Assembly: GCA_951406725.2 (NCBI GenBank)
Contig: OX597832.1
Coordinates: 22,196,001-22,260,000 of the forward strand
DNA: 64,000 nucleotides
Source of the DNA: Octopus vulgaris
Lineage: Eukaryota
Direction: 5' to 3'
This document shows positions 29,110 to 43,222 of the stretch, one piece after another (position 1 is the first letter of the stretch; each line of letters starts with the position of its first letter). Under the pieces are notes generated by a model. That model saw only the letters and a list, made by a program, of their open reading frames with translations, was not told where the DNA came from and ran no database searches. A program made the translations under genes and the position numbers.

Positions 29110-29850
29110 CCACCACCATCATCATCACCATCATCATCATCATCACCACTATCATCATCATCATCATCATTATCATCATCATCAACAGCAACAATAATAA
29201 CAACCACAAGGGTAACAACAGTATGAACAATTCAAGAAATAATGCAGTTGTGGTGGTGGTGAGTTGTTCTGGTTGCATTTGTTCTGATGTCCTGTGCTCT
29301 GCGTTCAAATCTCACCAAGGCCAACTTTGGCATTTATCCTTTTCGGGTCAACTAAAAGAAAATAAAAAAACCCACCCGATGCGGTTCATTGGCAAAAGTG
29401 TAAGAATTTCGGACCGAATATTTTGCAATGTTTGTTTTTAATGCATCGATAATACAGTGGGTAGGACTGCACTAGTGTTTACTAAACAATTGTGTTTGAT
29501 AGTGTGGTGAGACCACTGCTGAGTTTTGAACCATAGCTCTCAGATTTTGCCAGTGTAGAACAGAGGCCTAATGTATCTCCGTAAAAAGAATAGTATCGCC
29601 AAAAAAGGGTATCAACACTTACGTGAATATAGTTCGACTAGTCGGTACTGGCTGACTTATCATGGTCGACACGGCAAAATTCAGTTTTGCCGAAGGTTCT
29701 AGAACGCTGGCTTACAGTTATAAAAAGACAACAAATTCAACCTCAGACCAGAGTCATTCAGTCGTCTAGGGAAACCTATGTCACACGGTTCGCCGAATTG
29801 GTCTCTCGCTCTTACGCTCTTTCACTTTTTCGACAAAAGGCACCAACCAA

Positions 29851-30240
29851 TAGGCGCAGGAGTGGCTGTGTGGTAAGCAGCTTACTTACCAACCACATGG
29901 TTCCGGGTTCAGTCCCACTGCGTGGCACCTTGGGCAAGTGTCTTCTACTATAGCCTCGGGCCGACCAAAGCCTTGTAAGTGGATTTGGTAGACGGAAACT
30001 GAAAGAAGCCCGTCGTATATATGTATATATATATATATGTGTGTATATATTTGTGTGTCTATGTTTGTCCCCTAGCATTGCTTGACAACTGATGCTGGTG
30101 TGTTTATGTCCCCGTTACTTAGCGGTTCGGCAAAATAGACCGATAGAATAAGTACTGGGCTTACAAAAGAATAAGTCCCGGGGTCGAATTGCTCGATTAA
30201 AGGCGGTGCTCCAGCATGGCCGCAGTCAAATGACTGAAAG
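29851..30240 (+). mobile_element. tRNA-derived CORE-type SINE (octopus OR-like), representative full copy. Other copies or fragments: 2732-4072, 4620-5020(-), 13855-14258(-), 16820-17208(-), 18335-18510, 20130-20358, 22335-22740(-), 31335-31752, 32248-32640, 32690-32976(-), 34822-35262, 44541-44947, 47595-48360, 48748-48915, 58048-58400(-)
   Basis: A box (tggctgtgtggt), B box (ggttcagtccc), CORE-like gtggcaccttgggcaagtg, internal (TA/TG)n, and tail gactgaaacaagtaaaagag. Confidence 0.85.
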
Positions 30241-30591
30241 AAGAAAAAGAAAAAGAGAAAGAGAACCTTAAGTTGTAGTGTCGAGTAACGCACAGTAATT
30301 ATTTACAGTGATTAAAATTCCTTCTTTATATTTCGTCATCAGAGATATGCACTACTACTTTTATAATACTGTGTAACAAGTCCGTATTACAGAAGATCCG
30401 CTGCTGTTATGTTTGCTGAATGTTGTTCCATTAATTTCTTGGGTGTATACTTGTCAATATAAACGATGCAAGTCAATAGAATAATTGAAAAATTCAATAA
30501 AATTTTCATGTGGTCATTGACTTCTGACACACAGCCTTGCTAACACTGAATATCCAACAAAGAATATATATTGCTAAACATCACACTAAAC

Positions 30592-30725
30592 TACAAGGTG
30601 TATTCCAGAAATTTAAGGAGTTTTTCAGGGGATACATTTATTAATTTCGAAGAAGTACAAAACCCTAATTTCTTTCAAAGCAGGAGCCTCTGACTTTAAT
30701 ACATTTGTATCGTTTCAGCCACTGT
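30592..30725 (-). mobile_element. mariner right-end relic
   Basis: Minus strand QWLKRYKCIKVRGSCFE resembles the mariner C-terminal motif, with a TIR-like end tacaaggtgtattccagaa. Confidence 0.5.
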
Positions 30726-30772
30726 GTAGATGTAGAGACTCGAAGCTAATACCACATATAAAAAAATAAGCT

Positions 30773-30846
30773 GGCGAGCATATGGCGTAGTGGTTAAGAG
30801 CGCGGGCTACTAACCCTAAGATTCCGAGTTCGATTCCAGGCAGTGA

Positions 30847-30850
<4 letters not shown>
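30773..30850 (+). other. tRNA-derived head (Pol III A/B boxes) followed by (AAT)n
   Basis: tggcgtagtggttaagagcgcgggctactaaccc...gagttcgattcc. The acceptor stem does not pair, so this is not a functional tRNA. Confidence 0.7.
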
Positions 30851-30915
<65 letters not shown>

Positions 30916-30967
30916 CAACAACAACATACTTTAGGAACGAGAAACCCAGGTTCGAAATTTCCTCAAG

Positions 30968-31011
30968 ACTCCTGATGCAGGCTGGAGGGTATATCAGCCG
31001 AAACGTTGTGT
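30968..31011 (+). ncRNA. Minimal hammerhead variant (related pieces at 2647-2730 + and 5820-5912 -)
   Basis: ACUC-CUGAUGC-A-GGCUG gaggguauau CAGCC-GAAA-CG-UU-GUGU. The same flanks (tcgaaatttcc..aaga; gttaacaacaaacaagatgaggacaaatatc) recur in the other two copies. Confidence 0.6.
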
Positions 31012-32410
31012 TAACAATAAACAAAATGTTCCCCGTGAACTACGTTAAGGGTACACATGTCTGTGGAGTGCTCAGCCATTTGCACGTTAATTTCACGAGC
31101 AGGCTGTTCCGTTGATCGGATCAACTGGAACCCTCGTCGTCGTAACCGACGGAGAGCCGGTCACATCCTTCCTTTAAGAGTTGAGAAAGTATTTCGACCC
31201 ACAATGCATTTCTGTCTTGATGACAGAAAGCAAAAACAGATTAACCACATGACCTGGTATTCATTCCATAGATTTTTTATCTAATCTACCTCCCCATTCT
31301 CGTTTACACTCCTCATAGGCAACCGTTGACAACCGTAGGAGTGGCCGTGTAGTAAGTTGCTTGCTTACCAACCACATGGTTTCGGGTTCAGTCCCACTCT
31401 GTGGCACTTTGGGCTAGTGTCTTCTATTATAGCCTCGGGCCGACCAAAGCCTTGTGCGTGGATTTGGTAGACGGAAACTGAAAGAAGCCCGTCGTATATA
31501 TGTATATATATATGTGCATGTGTGTGTGTGTATGTTTGTGTCTGTGTTTATCCCCCCAACATCGCTTGACAACCGATGCTGGTGTATTTACGTCTCTGTA
31601 ACATTAGCGGTTCGGTAAAAGTGACCGATAGAATAAGTACTAGGCTTACAAAGAATAAGTCCTGGGAGCGATTTGCTTCGACTAAAGGCAGTGCTCCAGC
31701 ATGGCCGCAGTCAAATGACTGAAACAAGTAAAAGAGTAAAAGAGTAAAGAGTATACGTTAAGCAAAAAGCTTTGTATCAATATAAAGCGTTAAAACATTA
31801 TTATTTCGACCCTCTTTTGTAAACTGTTTCAGACAGAATTCTAAAAACCAAACTTCTTATTTGGATTCTGTTCCAGGGAATTAAGCAAACAGGCTGGCAT
31901 CAATTCAATCGTTATTGGCTTCAGATGCACGTGGAACTGAAATTCCAGGCCTGACTGCAGCTGCAATAGTTTGTTAATTCTTTGCATATCACCTAGGCAA
32001 CTATTTTATAGCAAGTAAGCATTTTTTTTTTTTGTATTTTGTATTTTGAAACTTTTGGTTTGTGGTGATATTAAAACCAGATGCCCCAAAATAAATAGAT
32101 GGAAATTACGTGAAGTAAAATAAAAGGAATACCTGCCCGAAGACTGAAACAGACATACATGCAAAAGCACATCACTGCACACTTAGGCATACACACACAC
32201 ACACACACACACATGTATATATACATGTGTGTGTGTGTATATATATACATAGGAGTGGCCGTGTGGTAAGTAGCTTGCTTACCAATCACATGGTTCCGGG
32301 TTCAGTCCCACTGCGTGGCGCCTTGGGCAAGTGTCTTCTACTATAGCTTCGGGCCGACCAAAACCTTGTGAGTGAATTTGGTTGACGGAAACTGAAAGAA
32401 GTCCGTTGTT

Positions 32411-32511
<101 letters not shown>

Positions 32512-33020
32512 TGTCTCTGTTCCCCCAACAGCGCTTGACAACCGATGCTGGTATGTTTACATCCCCGCAACTTAGCGGTTCGGCAAAAGAGACCGATAGA
32601 ATAAGTACTAGGCTTACAAAGAATAAGTCCTGGAGTCAATAACCGCGGATGGGCTTTACATAACATTCTACAAGGTTTTTACCCGAATCTTAACTTACGG
32701 GGACGTAAACACACCAGAATCGGTTGTCAAGCGAAGTTGTGGGAGATAAACACAAACACATACATACGCACACACACACACACGTATATATATATATATA
32801 TATATATATACGACAAGCTTCTTTCAGTTTCCGTCAACCAAATCCACTCACAAGGCTTTGGTCGGCACGAGACTATAGTAGAAGACACTTGCCCAAGGTG
32901 CCACGCAGTGGGACTAAACCCGGAACCATGTGGTTTGTAAACAAGCTACTTACACCACAGCCACTCCTACGCCTATATGAAATTCCATACTATCAGTAGA
33001 GTTAATATAAATAGCTAAAT

Positions 33021-33371
33021 GATAGGAAATAGAATGAACGACAGGCTTTATGTAATACCACTACAATTGTTTCGATACATTTTTATACCCGTAGTACATT
33101 GGTGAGATACTGTGTAATCTTATGCATCGCAGGTATAAAATGCACCTCCTCGTGTGATTGTTTAAATAAGTCCTTCGTTAGATCCTATGTTATTTCATTC
33201 AATGTGGCATGACAATAGGATCTAACGAGGGACTTATTTAAACAGTCACATGAGGAGGTGCATTTTACACCTACGATGAATAAGATTACACAGCATCTAC
33301 CTCAGTGTACGACGGGTGTAAAAATGTGTCGAAACAATTGTAGTGATATTAAATAAGGTTCATTCCATTTC

Positions 33372-33376
<5 letters not shown>
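33021..33376. repeat. ~355-bp fold-back element with a hammerhead-like motif in each arm (33245-33347 +; 33057-33158 -)
   Basis: Imperfect inverted arms centred near 33200. The + arm reads GUCAC-AUGAGGA-GGUGCAUUUUACACC...GGUGUAAAAAUGUGUC-GAAA-CAAUUG-UA-GUGAU. Confidence 0.8.
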
Positions 33377-33465
<89 letters not shown>

Positions 33466-33765
33466 GTATGTCTGTCTGTCTATCTATCTATCTATATATG
33501 TGTGTATACAGAAATATATGTGTATATATTTATATATATATATGTGTGTGTATGTGTGCGTGTATATATATATATACACACACACACTCACACACACATA
33601 TATACATGTATGTATGTATGTATGTATGTATTATGTATGTATGTATGTATATATGTATGTATGTAAGTATGTATGTGTATATGTATGTTTGTATGTATGT
33701 ATGTGTATATGTACGCATGTATGTATGTATGTATGTATGTATGTATGTATGTATGTATGTATGTG

Positions 33766-33797
<32 letters not shown>

Positions 33798-34186
33798 TGT
33801 ATGTATGTATGTATGTATGTATGTATGTATGTATGTATGTATGTATGTGTATATGTACGTACGTATGTATGTATGTATGTATGTATGTATGTATGTATGT
33901 ATGTGTACGGTTAGAAAATGTCAGGTGCACAATTATGTACTCATACATGAAAAATAAAATGCAGATTAACGTCATTTAAATTTTGAATGTTGAAGGTAAA
34001 CGAGTGCTGTGAGGAGTGGAGAGAATTCGTTGGAATTCAAATAAAATATAAAAATTATTCGGTTAGAAAATGAAGTCTTTTGTATCAAACAAATTGCACA
34101 CGCTCACATGAACGCAGCTCTCCACACGCACGATCATAAAAGTATAATCATTCTCAGGATAAATATCTAATTGTAGGTGTAGGTAC

Positions 34187-34240
34187 ATGATTCTCCCGTT
34201 GGGTGCGAGAGGTACCGGGGTTCAAATCCCGGACGAGCCC
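34187..34240 (+). pseudogene. tRNA-Pro pseudogene fragment (3' two-thirds)
   Basis: atgattctcccgttgggtgcgagaggtaccggggttcaaatcccggacgagccc closely matches the eukaryotic tRNA-Pro 3' part. The 5' acceptor and D arm are missing. Confidence 0.85.
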
Positions 34241-34301
34241 TGAATTTCCCTTTACGGATAATGATCCAGCATGGCCTCAGCCACTAGCTGAAACAAGTAA
34301 A

Positions 34302-34418
<117 letters not shown>

Positions 34419-34994
34419 TACATATAGTAAGAATCATTATTTTTTCATTTTCTGCCTATCATATCCACTCTCAAAGCTTGGGTCAGCCTGAGGCTATAGT
34501 AGAATACACTTGCCCAAGGTGCCACACAATGGGACTGAACCCGGAACCATGTAGTTCGTAAGCAAGCTATTTACGACACGGCCACTCTTACGCAGCACGC
34601 CGGTCGGAATGCCTAGCGGTATTTCGTCTGCCGTTACTTTCTGAGTTCAAATTCCACCGAGGTCGACTTTGCCTTTCATCCCTTCGGGGTCGATTAAATA
34701 ACTACCAGTTAGGCATTAGGGTCGATGTAATCGACTTAATCGCTTTGTCTGTCCTCTCTATGTTTAGCCTCCTGTGGGCAATAAAGAAATAGATAATATA
34801 ATATAATACAATATAATACAATAGGCTCAGGAGTGGCTGTGTGGTAAGTAGCTTGCTAACCAACCACATGGTTCTGGGTTCAGTCCCACTGCGTGGCATC
34901 TTGGGCAAGTGTCTTCTGCTATAGCCCCGGGCCGACCAATGCCTTGTGAGTGGATTTGGTAGACGGAAACTGAAAGAAGCCTGTCGTATATATG

Positions 34995-35050
<56 letters not shown>

Positions 35051-35760
35051 TGTGTTTGTCCCCCTAGCATTGCTTGACAACCGATGGCGGTGTGTTTACG
35101 TCCCCGTCACTTAGCGGTTCGGGGCAAAAGAGACCGATAGAATAAGTACTGGGCTTACAAAGAATAAGTTCCGGGGTCGATTTGCTCGAATAAAGGCGGT
35201 GCTGCAGCATGGCCGCAGTCAAATGACTGAAACAAGTAAAAGAGTAAAAGAGTAAAGAGAGTAATAATAAAAATGCATTTTGTACTAAGCTCCGAGTGAT
35301 CACGGGAATTACGTTTGCAAATGACCAAATATCTCTCGCCAGATTTAATTGGATATTTTCATTATTCGTTAAATGCATGCTTTATCTCTTAATTTGTGGT
35401 TTATATTTAGCTCTTATTCTCGGTAGGTAACATAATCGTTCTATATAAAATTAAAATTAAACACAAACACACAAAACATAGGATTGATAATAGCGATGAA
35501 AAATGCTTTTAAAAATCACCGCAGATACAGCACACGGGAATTTAGCTATGAAAATAATCAAAAGTCAGTCGTTTAAGAATATTTAAAGCAATGATGATGA
35601 TTTTTTTTAGTTTCAATATGATTCCTGCCACCACTTCGTAGCTGATACAAATCTCTACAGTAACGAGTTACTATCATCCTTTCATTAAAAAGATGAGGCC
35701 GAGAAAGACATGAAACGTAATGAATTTAGGAATATTCTCAAGGAATAATAATGATGATGA

Positions 35761-35816
<56 letters not shown>

Positions 35817-35955
35817 ATAATAATAATAATAATAATACCTGTGAATTTGCATGGGTAAAGTGTGTAATCTGGGAATGAGCTTCTCTGCCCTAGGTGTACG
35901 GAAAACCTCCGGCGAGAAACGGAAGAAAATTTGAAGAAAGAAGGAAAGAAAAATA

Positions 35956-36009
<54 letters not shown>

Positions 36010-36213
36010 CGAATAAGGACATGTGAAAACTGTTTAATAAAAGAAGATTAAACCTTACTACAGTCGTGTCTTCAATAAATTATATATATATATGCATACA
36101 CACATATACATACACATATGCATGTGTGTATGTGTATATATATATACATATATATATACACACACGCACATGTATATACATACATTCATATCTATCCATC
36201 CATCCATCCGTCC

Positions 36214-36309
<96 letters not shown>

Positions 36310-36446
36310 GTATAATCGTCACTAAAGTGACTAAGAGTGCAAGTCAGCACCAGCATCGCTAGAAATAGGTCAAAACAACTCTTAGCCACGGGCCAAGCAC
36401 TATCTGTTGACTAACAAAGGAAGACAACTTCCCTACATCAAGCGAG

Positions 36447-36498
36447 AGCGTCAGATCATCGATGATTTCGGATAAGGTTAATCCTCATCAGTGACGCT
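36447..36498 (-). ncRNA. Canonical type I hammerhead ribozyme
   Basis: Minus strand reads AGCGUCA-CUGAUGA-GGAU uaaccuu AUCC-GAAA-UCAUCGAUGA-UC-UGACGCU. It has a perfect core, 7-bp stem I, 4-bp stem II, palindromic stem III and an AUC site. Confidence 0.88.
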
Positions 36499-36752
36499 AT
36501 ACCGTGGTCTAGGGTTAAGCTAACTCGCCTTGTCAGTTTATAAAAATTACCAAAGGAAACAATGGCTAATTCAATAAAATGCTAAAGTGAAAATTAGAAA
36601 TTAAAGTGGCTAGTCACAATTTAAAAACCACAAAAAGCACAAGTGTATATATATATATATAGCTATGGTGTATTCTGCTAAGAACGGAGTAGAGTACAGT
36701 ATAAATCTCGTCCCACTTCAAATTCCAATGACAACTACTAAATTCAGGCCAG

Positions 36753-36800
<48 letters not shown>

Positions 36801-37306
36801 TCTTGAAGCCGAGAATTTGAACTTACGGAGATAACATTTACATATCGCCTGAGGAAACACAACTAGATCTCGTAATGCAGAGAAGTGGCTGCATAATCAA
36901 GTACCTGCACGCCTGGAGAACTTACGTGGCGTGGAAACAATTGCAGGGATTTAAAAAAATAAATGTCCATAACTAAAAGTCGACCATCTAAAACATAGAT
37001 TACCGGAAGCGGAAACATTCATATACACATATATTTTTTCTAACTGTTCTACCCTTAATATCCTAAAGCCTTTACAGAAAAACAGTGGCTGAATGAGTTC
37101 ATCTGCACTAAATTGTTGGTGGCCCAGGTCGGCTGATAACTTGCGTTGCTTTGTAAATGCTTTACAAGTGTGAATGTATGATATCTTACTGATAATAAAA
37201 ACTTTCGTTGTAATTCTTTTTTTGTTTGCGTGGTATTCTACACACAGCGATGGTGTTTTATATTCGTGTGTGTGTGTGTACGTATGTATGTGATTATTTA
37301 TATATC

Positions 37307-37351
<45 letters not shown>

Positions 37352-37499
37352 CTGTATTGTATATGTGTGTGTGTATGTGTATACTTCTATATGTATATTC
37401 ATATACCTAGATATATGTATGTATATGTCTTATATGTGTGCGCCTGCGTATGAGTATATAAATGTATATGTGTACACACACACATACATAAACCTACAT

Positions 37500-37588
<89 letters not shown>

Positions 37589-37734
37589 TATAAACATATA
37601 CATATATATGTGTGTGTGTGTACTGTAACTATATGCTTACTATATCATACTGTGAGAGGACGCCTGTGCACGTCAGTTCTTGTGTGTGTGTGTATGTGTG
37701 TGTGTGTGTGTATGTGTGTGTGTATGTGTGTGTC

Positions 37735-37785
<51 letters not shown>

Positions 37786-40639
37786 TTAATTCCAGTATCC
37801 TCTGACATTTAATGTTACCTGAACACGCACACACACACACACGTATATAAACTGGATACTTACTGCAAATATAGTTTCATTTTTACCGCAATGCATTCCG
37901 AAAAGAAAGAAGAAAAAAAAGGTAAAACAAGACAAAATAAAGCAAAACAAAGCAAAAAGAAACCAGTGTCTGCGCTGAAAACAGTATTTTTAACCCTTTC
38001 CAGTTATGTCAGACAATTGAAAACTGATTCATAAGTAATTTATATATGACATTTTACACCCGAAAATATCGGGAATTCAAATATTGGCATTGCGATAAAA
38101 ATAAATATTTATTTCTCTCACGACTCTTAGAGAACCTGGCTAACTCGACGTTCTTGTTCGTCGGTGTAGTTGCTGGTGGTGGCGGTGGTTGCGGTGGTGG
38201 TGGTGGTGGTGGTGGTGGTGGTGTTATCGTTTTTGTTTAATACCAGATCAGGCTTGTTCGGGTAGAATTCTTATAGTGCTTTCTACTATAGGCACAAGGT
38301 TTAAAATTTTGGGGGAGGGGACCAGTCGATTAAATCGATCCCAGTACACAACTGGTACTTAATTTATCGACCCCGAAAGGCTGAAAGGCAAAGTGATCCT
38401 CGGCGGAATTTGAATTCAGAACGTAGCGGCAGACGAAATACCTATTTCTTTACTACCCACAAGCGGCTAAACACAGAGAGGACAAACAAGGACAGACAAA
38501 CGGATTAAGACGATTATATCTACCCCAGTACATAACTGGTACTTATTTAATCGACCATGAAAAGAGAAAGGCAAAGTCGACCTTGGCGGAATTTGAACTC
38601 AGAACGTAACGGCAGACGAAATACCTATTTCTTTACTACCACAAGGGGCTAAACATAGAGAGGACAGACAAACGGATTAAGTCGATTACATCGACCCCAG
38701 TGCGTAACTGGTACTTATTTAATCGACCCCGGAAGGATGAAAGGCGAAGTCGACCTCGGCGGAATTTGAAACTCAGAACGCAACGGCAGACGAAATACCG
38801 CTAAGCATTTCGCCCAGCGTGCTAAAGTTTCTGCCAGCTCCAAGGGCTTTCTGTGATATTTCTGTCTTTTATTCCGACTACGTCTATAATAGTAAACGCA
38901 AAGTTCTGTCTGTCCATCTGAGTCCCCTGTATCATATTATACCTTTTTGGAATCAGGATGATCCCGGGATTGAAAATCTGCCCTTCATTTGGTTCTTGAA
39001 CATCCAGCATTGGGATCAGGTTTGGATAAGGATTTGTTATATGCTAACAGTTGAAAATTCAAATTTTAAAAGAACTCCAAAAATTTGTGAACTTACAAGT
39101 TTTTCATTTAAGCTGAATTTAAAATAATACCATATTGGTAGGGTACATGTAAATACCTTATTCTTATTGTTCTCTTTAGTTTGGGGCCGCAAGCCCAATT
39201 AGCGTTCTGCAGGAGCTAACCTAAAAGTCCGCACGGTGTGTGGATTTTAAGCTGCTTATCAAATAACCCATCCCACCTCTTTTATTTTTCATAGACATTA
39301 GGGTAAAACCCTGGGAAAATTTTGTTTCGTTTGATCATATCAAGCCTACAAATTTTCCAAAAATATTTTTAGAAATTCGAATATATAGCGCGTGCGAATT
39401 TTCTAGCTAAACTGCTTTCCCACGGATTTCATTTAAATCACGTTTCTCGTGAGCCATGAAGCAAATCGCTTCTTGGATTCTTAACCAAGAATCGAAACCT
39501 TTGTCTAGATTTTTCTATAAGCTCCTTTCCAGTGTTCTTAGCATTAACTCTTAGTATGAGAGTTAACGTGGAGGCGCAATGGCCCAGTGGTTAGGGCAGC
39601 GGACTCGCGGTTGTAGGATCGCGGTTTCGATTCCCAGATCGGCCGTTGTGAGTGTTTTTTGAGCGAAAACACCTAAAGCTCCACGGGGCTCCGGCAAGGG
39701 GTGGTGGCGATCCCTGCTGTACTCCTTCGCCGCAACTTTCTCTCACTCTTTCTTCTATTGGCCTGCTCGATTAGCCAGCGGGGTGGCGTCATTCGAAGGC
39801 TAAAACAATGCGAATGTGTAACAACATCTAATAGCCTGGTCGATCATGGTCATGAGAGTTAACAGTCATATTTTGGGACTTTTTTTTATTGACCTTGAAC
39901 AGGTAACTCTGACATTAGCGTGTTTTGAACTTGGGGCAAAGAGAATCAAAACAAATATTGCAAGGAATTCTATCCAACACTCAAAATGATTCTGCTAATT
40001 CACCTCCTTAAAGTACCATCATACCATTTAATAAACAGTTTCTACAGAATACAGTTCAGTTGAACTTAAGAATTCCTTGATAACTTCCACTCGTTTGGAA
40101 TTAAAAATAGCATCTCTTCTTATGTAATTAAGTGGTTTACGATAACCCTTAAAATGGTTTAATATAAATGTTACTGGCACTCCGTCGGTTACGACGACGA
40201 GGGTTGCAGTCGATCCGATCAACGGAACAACCTGATCATGAAATTAATATGGCTGAGTATTCCACAGACACACGCATCCTTAACACCTTGTGACAAAGCA
40301 GGCCATTTGGATTACAGGTACTATTCATTACTGCCAGCTGAGTGAACTGGAGCATAGTGAAATAAAGTGTCTTGCTCAAGGTCACAGCGCGCCGCCGGTA
40401 TTCGAACTCACAAGCTTACGATCATGAACTGAATACCCGAACCACTTAGCCACACGTCTTAGTATTAAGTATTTTTTTCCATGCACTTTACGAGACTGGA
40501 AAAGTGAAAATATCTATTTCTTTATTGCTCACAAATATCTATTTCTTTATCATCACATCGACCCCAGTGCGTAACTGGTACTTATTTAATCGACCCCGAA
40601 AGGCCTCCTCTAACCGGGGGAGGGAAAGGCAATTTTCAT

Positions 40640-41081
40640 TTGTCTGGTGGCTGTAGTGAAAGAGGTCTAAAGTCAGACACTTTCCTCTCTGGCCAAGGCC
40701 TCATCAGCTCTTTCAGGTTCCACATGAACAGGAGGGTCAGAGCAGAGAGGGAAGTGTTGTCTTCTAGCAAATTTGTTGAAAGGTGGGCGAATGTCGGAAA
40801 AATGGCCAGTATGGATGGACCAATTTTGAGATTACACCTGTAAAAATAGATCTAAGAAGAGAAAGGGCTCTCGCCCTGTTGACCAGGCACCCGTAGCTTT
40901 TATGGTTTTTTTCCACGAGTAACCTTCGAAGCACCTCCTCCTATTGGGAGTTTTTACTTGTTATATTATTTTCGTTATAAAATGTTTACATGGACATTTT
41001 TTTTTTTGCAAAACGCTTTCTTTATCATCTTGTGTTGTCCTATAATGTTATTTATTTATATTAGCCCTTGTGGCCAATAAG

Positions 41082-41083
<2 letters not shown>
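40640..41083 (+). mobile_element. Degenerate Tx1-like LINE 3' fragment ending in (TTA)n
   Basis: Translation GLKSDTFLSGQGLISSFRFHMNRRVRAEREVLSSSKFVERW aligns to GLETNTFLSGQSLINFFKYHLKRKVRVERQVLSSECFKKRW. Tail gtggccaataag. Confidence 0.8.
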
Positions 41084-41145
<62 letters not shown>

Positions 41146-41148
<3 letters not shown>

Positions 41149-41700
41149 GAGTGAGAGAGCAGTGCATGCCATCAAGGTGACGCTGGGGTAAAATATACAA
41201 AGCGCAGTAAACCCATCATGACTACCTGTCTGATAAGGGTACACCAGGCACATGCATCACAACCATATGCGCGCGACATGGTGATCTCATATCAAGATAA
41301 ACAGCACATGACCTTGCCGGTGGGGCCCAGTTAGAATTTTCTTCAGGTTGAGTAGCCCATCCCGCTCAAACGGTCCCTGAATAAGGGTTGTTTAAGGATG
41401 TTGAAAGAACCACCCATGTTTCCAGAGGTGAATTATTCAAACCCCAAAGAATCCCTCTCAACACATGGCTTATGATGCTCCCCCACTACTTCTGCTCGTG
41501 ATCAGAGATGCACATATTGTCAGCCACTGAGGGACATGCTCAACTGGTTAAGGTCAAACAACTGACAAGCAAATCTGTGGTATTGAGCAGAATATTTGCT
41601 GTAGCCCATCTTTTATACCAAGACAAAACAATGTACATGATAACACTTCCAATCAGTTAAGATCAGAAGCCATGAGAGCCACTGCCTGGTACTGCATCAG
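41146..41700 (-). mobile_element. ~550-bp non-coding repeat inserted in (AAT)n/(TTA)n; other copies at 56741-57223 and 9910-10118
   Basis: Near-identical copies. Two share the exact end ...ctgctctctcactc(aat)n, and the other end is variably truncated, consistent with a LINE 3' UTR or non-autonomous derivative. Confidence 0.75.
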
Positions 41701-42583
<883 letters not shown>

Positions 42584-43222
42584 TCATCAGTTCAAATATT
42601 CTAACTCCTACACAATCTGTTAGAATTAATTCACTGTTTCATCCACGACAACTTGACGCTATTCCATTGGTTCGCGAGATTCGTTCGTTCGCTGGCTTCT
42701 TCTTGTTTTCTTTTGTTGCTTTTTTTTTTTATTCAAATATTTTCAGTATATTTTGTAGGAAATAATAAAATATAGAATTATTTCCTACAAAATTCTTATT
42801 ATTCGTGTTAGCAACTGACAATGTTGAAGATAGATGCGTGAAAAATCTGGCAAATGTCTACATAGAATATAAAACGCAATGTTATATTCTTTTTTCATCA
42901 AACACAACTTTACAATATTTGTTTAAATTTGATTTGTTAATACGTATTAGTTTCTTATTCTTTTGCTGTAGGAATCTGCAGATAATAGATGTGATTCTTA
43001 TGTCTTAGGATTGGCAACACTTCAAAATCGGTGACATGATTGTTTAGCATAAGAAAACGTTGATTTGAGATCAAAAGATAGATGATAGATAGATAGATAG
43101 ATAGATAGACAGACAGATAGACTGATTGATTTGCAAACTAATACTCAGATATGGAGACAGATTAGTATATTGGTTGATAAGTGGGTAGATTGGCAGACTG
43201 ATAAATTGATAAATAGACAGAT

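Noticed and set aside
30773-30850. Functional tRNA gene
   Set aside because: There is no acceptor-stem pairing and the anticodon arm is atypical, so it is treated as a tRNA-derived head.
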